Assembly (NCBI RefSeq): GCF_000017945.1
Contig: NC_009776.1
Span: forward strand, 780,001-812,000
Direction of reading: 5' to 3'
Length of the DNA: 32,000 nt
Origin: Ignicoccus hospitalis KIN4/I
Lineage (GTDB): Archaea; Thermoproteota; Thermoprotei_A; Sulfolobales; Ignicoccaceae
Shown here in pieces: positions 24,934 through 32,000 of the stretch; within the stretch, counting starts at the first letter, position 1, and each line of letters opens with the position of its first letter. The notes under the pieces were generated by a model. It saw only the letters and a program-made list of their open reading frames with translations, was not told where the DNA came from and made no database searches. The position numbers and the translations under genes are program-made.

Positions 24934-25011
24934 ACTCCAATTCCCATTATTAACCTACCGAACGCGACACTTCTTAAATTACTCTTTTGCGCTCCGAGCG
25001 GTGATATTTGG

Positions 25012-25722
25012 ATGTCGTTCGGTATGGAGTGGACGCCGGAGGCGAGAGCTGGGCTCAGGGAAGCTCTGGCGGACATGAAAGGTCCGGTGGAGGCCCTAGT
25101 CTTCGTAGAGGAAGGCTGTGAGCCGTGCGAGGCTACGATAGAAATGATGCAAGTAATGAAGGAAGAGAGCCCTAAGGTGAACGGGAAGCCCTACTTCGAC
25201 TACAAAGTCTTCTGGAGGGGGAAGGACGACGAGGCGTTCGACAAGTACAAGGTAGATAGGGTGCCCTCGGTCTTGTTGTTGGACGGCTACATCCGCTACA
25301 CCGGCATCCCCGCGGGAGAGGAAGTGAAGGGCTTCGTAGAAACCGTAATAAGGATCTCTGAGAATGAGAGCGGCTTGGACGAGGAGACCAAGGAGGGGTT
25401 GAAGAAACTCAAGGGCTGTTACTACATCGAGAACGTGGTGACCCCCCAGTGCCCTTATTGCCCCTACGCCGCCTTACTAATTAATATGTTCGCCTTCGAG
25501 GCCAAGAAGCAAGGCAACCCGTGCGTGGTGGCAGACACAGTAGAGGCCTACGAGAACGAGGACATAGCTGACAAATACAACGTCATGAGCGTTCCGGCGA
25601 TAGCGATAAACGGGAACGTGGAGTTCGTGGGAGTCCCCTACGAAGACGACTTGTTAGCCAAGCTGTTCGAGGTAGAGCCCAAGGGGCCTTGTGAGGACGA
25701 GGTGTGCTTCGTCAGGCCCTAA
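25012..25722 (+). CDS. protein disulfide oxidoreductase (two thioredoxin-fold units)
   Basis: Two CXXC sites (CEPC and CPYC) in a roughly 236-aa protein. VPSVLL and VPAIAING cis-Pro loops are present. The upstream ORF extension (24847-25011) overlaps the HTH gene. Confidence 0.85.
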   Translation: MSFGMEWTPEARAGLREALADMKGPVEALVFVEEGCEPCEATIEMMQVMKEESPKVNGKPYFDYKVFWRGKDDEAFDKYKVDRVPSVLLLDGYIRYTGIPAGEEVKGFVETVIRISENESGLDEETKEGLKKLKGCYYIENVVTPQCPYCPYAALLINMFAFEAKKQGNPCVVADTVEAYENEDIADKYNVMSVPAIAINGNVEFVGVPYEDDLLAKLFEVEPKGPCEDEVCFVRP

Positions 25723-25730
25723 AAACATAA

Positions 25731-25735
25731 TTTTT
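25731..25735 (+). terminator. oligo-T tract in the convergent gap between PDO and rpl15e
   Basis: The T5 tract (in cataatttttatcg) begins 9 nt after the TAA stop. T-rich tracts are also present on the other strand. Confidence 0.45.
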
Positions 25736-25765
25736 ATCGTATCAAAACGTGAAAGAGGAAGGAGC

Positions 25766-26443
25766 TCACTGGGTCCCCTTGTGGTAATCCGGCTTTTCTC
25801 TGACGTCCAGCTCCAACGGCCTCGCCTTCCCGGAGGCCTCGTGCCTCTTGCGCAGCTTCCTTTCCTTCTCCTTCTTCTTCCACTTGTAGTTGTGGGTGCC
25901 CCTGAGGCCCCTGCTCTTGAGCAAGCCCCTCATCTTCCTTCCGGCGCTGGTCTTGCCCCTGAACACCCTTCCCCTGTGCTGCTTCTCGCATATCCACTTG
26001 AGCTCGGGGTCGCTGCATATAGCCGGGTGGTGGGGGTCCACTAGTATTACCTCGTACCACTCGTACTCGCCGTCCTCCGCCACCCAGTAGGAGTTCAGCA
26101 CCTCCAAGCCGGGGTACTTCCTAGCCGCCCTCTCCTCGGCTATGAGCCTGGTGCTCTTGGCCGGGGCGTAGCCGTAAACGCCCATCCTCTTGGGCCTCCT
26201 GCCCTTGTTAGGCCTGGGCCTGTTGAGGCCGCCCTTCCTAACCCTCACTCTGACCACTACGACGCCTTGCTTCGCCTTGTACCCCAGCGCCCTGGCCCGG
26301 TCGAGCCTGGTGGGCTTTTCTATTCTGACTACCGCCGGCTCCCTCCTCCACTTTATGATCCTCTGCTTCATCAACTCCCCGTGCTCGCCGTCGAAGGGCC
26401 TCTTCCACTGCTCTCTCAGAAAGTGGTACAAGCCTCTGGCCAT
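25766..26443 (-). CDS. rpl15e: 50S ribosomal protein L15e
   Basis: [57 protein letters not shown] and a [17 protein letters not shown] tail typical of crenarchaeal L15e. TTTTAAA lies about 35 nt upstream. Confidence 0.95.
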   Translation of the reverse strand: MARGLYHFLREQWKRPFDGEHGELMKQRIIKWRREPAVVRIEKPTRLDRARALGYKAKQGVVVVRVRVRKGGLNRPRPNKGRRPKRMGVYGYAPAKSTRLIAEERAARKYPGLEVLNSYWVAEDGEYEWYEVILVDPHHPAICSDPELKWICEKQHRGRVFRGKTSAGRKMRGLLKSRGLRGTHNYKWKKKEKERKLRKRHEASGKARPLELDVREKPDYHKGTQ

Positions 26444-26513
26444 ACTTTGTGCCCCCTGTACCCTCATGGGACGGTTTAAAACGCCTAATAACGCTCGATA
26501 CATTTATTCCCGA

Positions 26514-26972
26514 ATGTGGATCGCGAGGGGGAGACAAGTCTTGACGACGAAGATGACGCTGGGGCTGTACGACGGAGGCCCCTTCTACATATTGCTCACC
26601 AACCCCAACGCCTTGGAGGCGAACGTCAAGATATATTTGAAGGAAGATCCTGAGGTTAAGAAGGAGTTCAAGATGAGGCCTAGAGAGCACGCGACCGTAG
26701 AGCTTTCGTCCGAAGACGCCTTCAAGGGTAAAATAGGCACGGTAATGGTAGAGGCAGACGTGGGACTGATAATAGACTGGGGCGAGTACTTGTGTCCCAA
26801 GTGCAAGAGGGCCACCTTGGAACTGAAGCCCAAGAGGATAGACGAGGGCGAGGGCTTTGTGGTAGTCTACGAGTGGGTGTGCAAGAAGTGCGGTTACAGG
26901 GAGACCGAGGGTAAGCTGGTGGCGGTGAGGAGGGATGGAGGGGTGGAACTTACCTTCCAGCCTTCCAAGTGA
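26514..26972 (+). CDS. hypothetical protein with C-terminal zinc ribbon
   Basis: CPKC...17 aa...wait-free count not made by alignment; CPKC and CKKC pairs sit near the C-terminus. The start is ATG 26514 or ATG 26553. The longer track ORF (from 26190) runs antisense through rpl15e. Confidence 0.55.
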   Translation: MWIARGRQVLTTKMTLGLYDGGPFYILLTNPNALEANVKIYLKEDPEVKKEFKMRPREHATVELSSEDAFKGKIGTVMVEADVGLIIDWGEYLCPKCKRATLELKPKRIDEGEGFVVVYEWVCKKCGYRETEGKLVAVRRDGGVELTFQPSK

Positions 26973-28290
26973 GGGCGAGTCCCTAGAGCTCGCCAAGAAG
27001 GTCTTGGAACTGGGGTGGAAGAAGGGCGTATACGTGGAGGTAAACGTCCTCGGGGCCTCTAGGACCTCCGTGACGGCATCGGGGGAAGAGCACAAGGTCG
27101 TTCAAGGCCACTCGTGGTTGGCCGGAGTGAGGGTAGAGGGGTCCGGCTTAGCTTACACCACTTCGCCGGAGGGCTTGGTGGAGGCCTTCGAGAGGGCCTA
27201 CAAGGCCTACAAGGCTTTGGGACCCTCCAAGCTCTACGAGCTGGGCCCCTTGGTGGATAGGGTCAGCCAGAGGCTGGAGCGCCCCCCGTGGGACGTGGAC
27301 CTCGAGACCAAGGTGAAGGACGTCTTGGACGCGCTCAAGGAGGCCAAGGGGAAGGCAGTGGTTGCCTATAGGGAGGTTTACGGCTACAAGCTGTACGCCT
27401 CCTCCGACGGGAGGGAGGTCCTCCAGAGGCTCTCCTACTCCCTCCACGCGGCCAACGTGACCCTGGCGGAGGGAGGGAACAGGGGGAACGGCTACTGGAG
27501 CGTCGCCTCGAGGAAGGGCTACACTACTGACCCTCGGACGGCCGTGAGGGAGGCCGTTAGGAAGGCGGAGCTGCAGCTGAGGGGCAAGGGGCTGGAGCCC
27601 GGGCTCTGGGAGGTCGCGCTGGAGCCCCCGGCGATAGGGGTTATGGTCCACGAGGCGCTGGGCCACATGTCGGAGGCGGACCACGTGGCCTCTGGCTCCC
27701 CGCTCAAGAAGGGGGAGACCGTCGGGCCGGAGTTCTTGAACGTGAGCGACTCCCCGGGGCCCGAGGGGGAGTGGGGCTCCATATTCTACGACGACGAGGG
27801 CGTGAAGCCTAAGAAAGTCGAAATAGTCAAGGAAGGGAAGGTCAACGGGTTCTTGACGGACCGCAAGCACGCGGCCCTCTTGGGCCTCGAGCCCACAGGG
27901 AACGGGAGACAAGAGGACCCCTCCAAGCCCCCGATACCTAGGATGAGGGTAACTTACGTCGAGCCGGGCGACTGGAGGAGGGACGAGGTGTTGGGAGAGC
28001 TTAAGAGAGGAGTCTTGATAGTAGACACCTCCGGGGGTAACGCGGAGCTCGACGGAACGTTCTTCTTCATGAGCCAGGAGGCGTGGTACGTGGAGGGCGG
28101 GGAGCCCAAGTACCCGCTCAAGCCCCTAGGGATAGCTGGGAACGTCCTCGAGATGTTAAAGGAAGTGAAGGCGGTGGGCAACGAGTTGGCCTTCAGGCCG
28201 GGCACTTGCGGGAAGTGGGGCCAGTCGGTCCCGGTCAGCGTAGGAGGCCCCCTTACCTTAACCGCCCTCCGCCTCTCCCCGCCGGCGTGA
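26935..28290 (+). CDS. tldD: TldD-type metallopeptidase (TldD/PmbA family)
   Basis: HEALGH metal motif, GNGRQEDPSKPPIPRM, GGNAELDG and FRPGTCGKWGQSVPV are typical of TldD. It overlaps the upstream ORF by 38 nt. Confidence 0.85.
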   Translation: MEGWNLPSSLPSEGESLELAKKVLELGWKKGVYVEVNVLGASRTSVTASGEEHKVVQGHSWLAGVRVEGSGLAYTTSPEGLVEAFERAYKAYKALGPSKLYELGPLVDRVSQRLERPPWDVDLETKVKDVLDALKEAKGKAVVAYREVYGYKLYASSDGREVLQRLSYSLHAANVTLAEGGNRGNGYWSVASRKGYTTDPRTAVREAVRKAELQLRGKGLEPGLWEVALEPPAIGVMVHEALGHMSEADHVASGSPLKKGETVGPEFLNVSDSPGPEGEWGSIFYDDEGVKPKKVEIVKEGKVNGFLTDRKHAALLGLEPTGNGRQEDPSKPPIPRMRVTYVEPGDWRRDEVLGELKRGVLIVDTSGGNAELDGTFFFMSQEAWYVEGGEPKYPLKPLGIAGNVLEMLKEVKAVGNELAFRPGTCGKWGQSVPVSVGGPLTLTALRLSPPA

Positions 28291-28294
28291 AAGG

Positions 28295-28852
28295 GTGAGG
28301 GTCGCTTTCTTACCCCTAGGCTCTTACGAACAACACGGTCCCTTGCCCAAGGACTTAGATGCTAGGATAGCCTCGGCGGTCGCGAGGAGGCTCGCGGAGC
28401 TCCTAGGAGGGGAAGTCCTCCCCCCGCTCTACTACTCTTGCAGCTGGGAGTGGGAGGACTCGGTGAGCTTGAGGGTAGAGACCTTGGCCTCGGTCTTGAG
28501 GGACATAAATTTCTCATTAAAGAGGTTAGGCAAGGAGCTGGTGGTGGTCAACGCGCACGGCGGCAACTCCGGCTTGGTACAAGCGGTGGGGAGGCAAGAG
28601 GGCTTCTACGTAGTCGACTTCTGGAAGGCGTGCGGGATAAAGGTGGGCCACTGCGACGGCGCGGAGGTCTCGGTCGCCAAGGCCTTGGGGATGGAGCTCG
28701 AGGTGCCCGAGTACCGGAAGGGGTGGCCCGAGGGCAAGGTGAGCCTCCCCAAGCTCCCCGCAGGTTGCTGGGGCTTCGAGGGCGGAGACCTTGACGTAGA
28801 GAGTTGTATTAAAGAGATAGCCGAGGAGCTCAAGAACTTGCTTTTCGGTTAG
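28295..28852 (+). CDS. creatininase-fold amidohydrolase family protein (short form, ArfB/MftE-like)
   Basis: LPLGSYEQHGPLPKDLD and VVVNAHGGNSG motifs of the creatininase family. It is only 185 aa. GTG start. Confidence 0.65.
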   Translation: MRVAFLPLGSYEQHGPLPKDLDARIASAVARRLAELLGGEVLPPLYYSCSWEWEDSVSLRVETLASVLRDINFSLKRLGKELVVVNAHGGNSGLVQAVGRQEGFYVVDFWKACGIKVGHCDGAEVSVAKALGMELEVPEYRKGWPEGKVSLPKLPAGCWGFEGGDLDVESCIKEIAEELKNLLFG

Positions 28853-28860
28853 TCAGGTCG

Positions 28861-28873
28861 TTAATTAAAATTT
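28861..28873 (+). promoter_or_regulatory. A/T-rich TATA-like box upstream of trxB
   Basis: TTAATTAAAATTT is centred about 42 nt upstream of GTG 28908. GGTG at 28897-28900 is a possible Shine-Dalgarno site. Confidence 0.4.
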
Positions 28874-28907
28874 CGCCCTCCCCACGGAGCGAAAGCGGTG
28901 TGAAAGC

Positions 28908-29894
28908 GTGCTGAGGCTCGGAGCGCCGGCCAAGAGGCCGAAGGGAGGGGAGTTCGACGTCGTAGTGATAGGCGCGGGTCCCGGAGGGCTGACTGCCGCT
29001 ATGTACGCTGCCAGGTTGGGGTTGAAGACGGTAGTCTTGGAGAAGGACAACAAGCCGGGGGGTAGGACCTCCCTAGCCCCCGTGGTCGAGGACTACCCCG
29101 GCATAGACAAGATAGGCGGCGAGGAGCTGGCCCAACGCTTCTTGAACCAAGCCACCAAGTTCGGGGCTCAAGTGGTGTTCGGGGAAAGGGTCGTGGACGC
29201 CGACTTCTCCAAGGAGGAGATGAAGGTGGTGAGGACCCACAAGGGGAGGGAATACAAGGCCCCCGCGGTGATCATAGCGACCGGCGTCTCCACTAAAGGC
29301 TTGGGCGTCAAGGGCGAGAAGGAGTACTTCGGCAAGGGCGTGAGCTACTGCGTAGTGTGCGACGCCCCCTTCTTCAAGGGCGAACCCATGGCCTTGGTGG
29401 GTTACGACGACCACGCGATGGAGGAGGCGGTCTACATGACCTCCCTCGCCAGCAAGGTATACATAGTAACTCACGGGAAGAAGATCGAAGCCTCCGAGTC
29501 TTACATGAGCGTGTTAAGGAACAACCCGAAGGTCGAAATACTTGAAGGAGCTAAGGTGAAGGAGATAGTGGGCGACGGCCAGAAGGTGACCGGGCTGGTG
29601 GTGGAGCTGCCGGACGGCACTACCAAGACCTTGCCGGTGAGGGCCGTGTTCATATCTTACGGCGAGGTCCCCAGCACCGAGATATTCAAGAAGGCTGGGG
29701 TGGAGGTGGACGAAAGGGGCTTCATAAAGATAGACCCCTACACTAGGACCAACGTGCCCGGAGTCTTCGCGGTGGGCGACGTGACCGGGATAGGCTTCCA
29801 GATAGTGATCGCCGCCGGCCACGGGGCCACCGCCGCCTTAGAGGCCTCGAAGTACGTGAAGAGGATCAAGAGGAAGGTAGCGGTCAAACAATAG
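28908..29894 (+). CDS. trxB: thioredoxin reductase
   Basis: FDVVVIGAGPGGLTAAMYAAR, redox centre CVVCDAPFF and GVFAVGDV. Confidence 0.9.
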   Translation: MLRLGAPAKRPKGGEFDVVVIGAGPGGLTAAMYAARLGLKTVVLEKDNKPGGRTSLAPVVEDYPGIDKIGGEELAQRFLNQATKFGAQVVFGERVVDADFSKEEMKVVRTHKGREYKAPAVIIATGVSTKGLGVKGEKEYFGKGVSYCVVCDAPFFKGEPMALVGYDDHAMEEAVYMTSLASKVYIVTHGKKIEASESYMSVLRNNPKVEILEGAKVKEIVGDGQKVTGLVVELPDGTTKTLPVRAVFISYGEVPSTEIFKKAGVEVDERGFIKIDPYTRTNVPGVFAVGDVTGIGFQIVIAAGHGATAALEASKYVKRIKRKVAVKQ

Positions 29895-30663
29895 CCTCTT
29901 TTAAGCGCGGGAAGAAGTAGACATTATAAGGCGTGTAGTTGGCGCTCAAGTTGGCCTGTTCGGCGGCCATCTCGAATATCCTCTTGTGTTTCCTCGGGAG
30001 CGTGTAAACTATCCTCTCGAACCGCGTCGCTATTACCTCTAGGGCCTTCCTCACCAAGTCAACGTAAATGGGGACCTCCTCCGGCGCAACCCTCTCCGGC
30101 GGGTAGTCGTAGTGGGCGCTGGGGAAGTAGACGTCGAAGAACCTAGGGACTATAACTAAGGGCTCACTCATGACGAACCTCCAGACGTCGTTGCCGTACT
30201 TGTTTATTATTGATTCTATCTTCTTGTACATGAAGCTGTCCCTGTAAGGCTTCACCTTCGAGCACGGGGTTATTAAGGCCACTTCCCCCGGGCCCATCTT
30301 GTCCAACAAGTAGCTGAACAAGAACTCGTGGTAGTCCTTGACGGTCGGGTGTAGGAAGAGCCAGTCGCCCTCCAGAACCACCTCTCCGGGCGTCGCGTAC
30401 ACCGTGTCCAGGTCGTACTCCCTCGCGAGGTAGAAGCCTATGGGAGTTACTACCTTAATTCCCTTAAAGTGTAAGTACTGGGGGTCCACTACCAGCGCCT
30501 TGAGGGCTAAGTCTAGTTCCCTTTCATTTATCCTCTCATCATTCATTAAGGATTCTGCTATATTCACGAGTTCGTCCTTGTATTTTGATGCTGTCTCCTT
30601 AGCCCTCCGCCACAGTTCCGCCCTGCACGCCTTCTTGTTGAGGCAAGCGACTAGGCTTTCCAC
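29884..30663 (-). CDS. DUF5591 (ArcS C-terminal-like) domain protein
   Basis: TPCSKVKPYRDSFMY fits the PC-X3-KPY-X2-S-X2-H motif described for ArcS/DUF5591, except that the final H is Y. Confidence 0.6.
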   Translation of the reverse strand: MESLVACLNKKACRAELWRRAKETASKYKDELVNIAESLMNDERINERELDLALKALVVDPQYLHFKGIKVVTPIGFYLAREYDLDTVYATPGEVVLEGDWLFLHPTVKDYHEFLFSYLLDKMGPGEVALITPCSKVKPYRDSFMYKKIESIINKYGNDVWRFVMSEPLVIVPRFFDVYFPSAHYDYPPERVAPEEVPIYVDLVRKALEVIATRFERIVYTLPRKHKRIFEMAAEQANLSANYTPYNVYFFPRLKEAIV

Positions 30664-31519
30664 GCCTTAACCCGTTGAGAGTATAGGCCAACGACCCTAT
30701 CCTCCTAGAGAGGGATAGTGATACTATCAGTAGGACGAAAGTAGCACCAACCACCCCGACCTCCGGGACCCCCCACTCGCCCGAGATCGCGCACCCGAGC
30801 CAGCCCACCAAGGCTCCGGAGGCGTAGGTGGCTTCGAAGTTCCTCTCCACTTCCCTCAGCCCGGACCTCAAGCTGAAGGTCGCCGGGAGGATTAACAGCA
30901 CTTGAGAACTCAATAGGCCGACAGTAAACGAGGCGAAAGAAGTCCCCAAAACCATAAAGAAGAATAAGAGCCAAGCCCAGAGCAGAGGCCTCTTCGCAGT
31001 AACTTTGAGGTACTCGTAATCAAACATGACTGCGGCTAACTGTAGTTTAAACGCACTACCTACCAGCATAATTGTAATAGCTATCGCTGCTAAGAAGTAG
31101 GAGCTGAGCTCGTCTACGGTCCAAAGGGAGCCAGAAAGGGACATCATGGCTTGTGCGGCAGCTTCTGGGCTGGCGTAGGCCATGCCTATGCTGGCGAGTA
31201 TTAGGAGCGTCGCGACCGCTTCAGAAACCTCTTCCAAGCCCGAGCTCACGAACTTCTTCGCGAACACGAGAGCTATTATGGAACTGACCAGAACGTCCAA
31301 CACGAAGGCGTGAGCCACATCTATGGACAAGACGAACGAGGCTATAGATAAGAAGAAGCCCAATAAGACGGAGGCTAGAAAGGGGCTTACGAGGTCCATG
31401 CAGACCACGCTGCACCCGATGGCGCCAGAGAGGGACGCCAAGGAGAAGGTGGCCAAGGCCGTGGGTAGGGGGAGCGTGGCCAATAGTATAGTCGTAGCGA
31501 TGGCTATCTCCGTTATCAT
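30599..31519 (-). CDS. ABC-3 family metal (Zn/Mn/Fe) transporter permease
   Basis: A polytopic membrane protein. The segment AAVMFDYEYLKVTAKRP...LLSSQVLLILPATFSL matches the ZnuB/TroC pattern. Start ATG 31519 forms an ATGA overlap with the upstream stop. Confidence 0.7.
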   Translation of the reverse strand: MITEIAIATTILLATLPLPTALATFSLASLSGAIGCSVVCMDLVSPFLASVLLGFFLSIASFVLSIDVAHAFVLDVLVSSIIALVFAKKFVSSGLEEVSEAVATLLILASIGMAYASPEAAAQAMMSLSGSLWTVDELSSYFLAAIAITIMLVGSAFKLQLAAVMFDYEYLKVTAKRPLLWAWLLFFFMVLGTSFASFTVGLLSSQVLLILPATFSLRSGLREVERNFEATYASGALVGWLGCAISGEWGVPEVGVVGATFVLLIVSLSLSRRIGSLAYTLNGLRRGKPSRLPQQEGVQGGTVAEG

Positions 31520-32000
31520 TTCTCTCCGCTCAGCGCTTCGCACGTGAGCTTTAAGTATTCATGGAAGGTCTCTACGGGGGGGTTCAGCAAGTACACCTTC
31601 ACTACCGGCTTGCCCAGCCTGTGCGCTTGGGCTATCATGTACTTGGCGGCCGGCGTATTGGAGCTGACGTCAGAGACCACCAGCATGTCAGCGTCTTTGA
31701 GCGCTTCCACGCCCTTCTTCATTTGCAGCCCGCTGACGGAGGCAGGCCCCTTCTCCATCACTACGAACTTCGTGACGACGCCGAAGTTGTAGATTATGTA
31801 CTGTTCACCGGGCAACATCACGACCGCGCTCTTGTCCCCGGCGAAACACTCCTCTAGGATTTCTCTGGATTTCTTAAGTTCCTCTATGAAGGAGTTAACG
31901 TACTTGGCACAGGAGCTCGGCTCAACCTCGCACGCGTGGGCGCTCACTTGGGACATCAGCAAGAACGCGTTAGGGGCGTAGAGCCACCAACCGTGGGGGT
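31516..32000 (-). CDS. metal ABC transporter substrate-binding protein (ZnuA/TroA family), C-terminal part; 5' end outside window
   Basis: The frame stays open to the window edge (PHGWWLYAPNAF, the DPH.W motif). The C-terminal lobe pattern is present (VVMLPGEQYIIYNFG, MLVVSDVSSNTPAAKYMIAQ). Confidence 0.6.
   Translation of the reverse strand, partial: PHGWWLYAPNAFLLMSQVSAHACEVEPSSCAKYVNSFIEELKKSREILEECFAGDKSAVVMLPGEQYIIYNFGVVTKFVVMEKGPASVSGLQMKKGVEALKDADMLVVSDVSSNTPAAKYMIAQAHRLGKPVVKVYLLNPPVETFHEYLKLTCEALSGEK

Noticed and set aside
24847-25011. Upstream extensions of the PDO ORF (24847-25011) and of the Zn-ribbon ORF (26190-26513).
   Set aside because: The extensions overlap the divergently transcribed HTH and rpl15e genes and show no thioredoxin-fold or other homology. 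Internal ATGs sit downstream of A/T boxes.
26238-27912. Long minus-strand ORFs (26238-27095, 285 aa; 27148-27912, 254 aa) opposite rpl15e, the Zn-ribbon gene and tldD.
   Set aside because: They are Arg/Pro/Gly/Leu-rich translations with no recognisable motifs. The opposite strand carries strongly supported L15e and TldD sequences.
1-32000. A search by eye for tRNA, rRNA, SRP RNA or RNase P RNA, using T-loop GGTTCGAATCC-like strings and GC-rich structured segments in non-coding DNA.
   Set aside because: No convincing T-arm or acceptor pattern was found. The only long non-coding region is AT-rich, whereas structural RNAs of hyperthermophiles are GC-rich. A covariance-model scan would be needed to be certain.

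Overview
This is a very compact, gene-dense stretch of about 40 genes at roughly 55% GC. Many starts are GTG or TTG, codon usage is rich in AGG, AGA and ATA, and many neighbouring genes overlap by 1-65 nt. The gene content is thermosome, L15e, fused ThiDN, split transketolase, two-CXXC protein disulfide oxidoreductase, a chorismate mutase-prephenate dehydrogenase fusion and a DUF5591 protein. From this I infer core chromosome of a hyperthermophilic crenarchaeon, Desulfurococcales or Ignicoccus-like.

Most of the window is housekeeping: hisS, ppa, a phosphohexomutase, a K+ channel, thiDN, tkt C-half, tyrA, thermosome, an m5C RNA methyltransferase, purF, rpl15e, tldD, trxB and a metal ABC transporter.

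The anomalous part is 12.84-16.14 kb:
- A cbiM-(N)-Q-O ECF-type Co/Ni transporter operon is broken by at least six frameshifts or deletions.
- It is followed by a 1.15 kb low-GC, essentially non-coding island.
- The island holds diverged CRISPR-like direct repeats and a 19/20 inverted-repeat pair bracketing a small hydrophobic ORF.

Other items worth a second look:
- A C/D box sRNA candidate at 3.69 kb whose guide matches the conserved 16S 530 loop.
- A ThiI-like THUMP protein lacking the PP-loop motif.
- A secreted Lon-like S16 protease.
- A Zn-ribbon / TldD / creatininase-fold trio.
- A sulfotransferase-like gene next to an FCSD/SQR-like flavoprotein.

I recognised no rRNA, tRNA, cas, transposase or integrase genes. 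All homology calls are motif recognition by eye. No database search was run.
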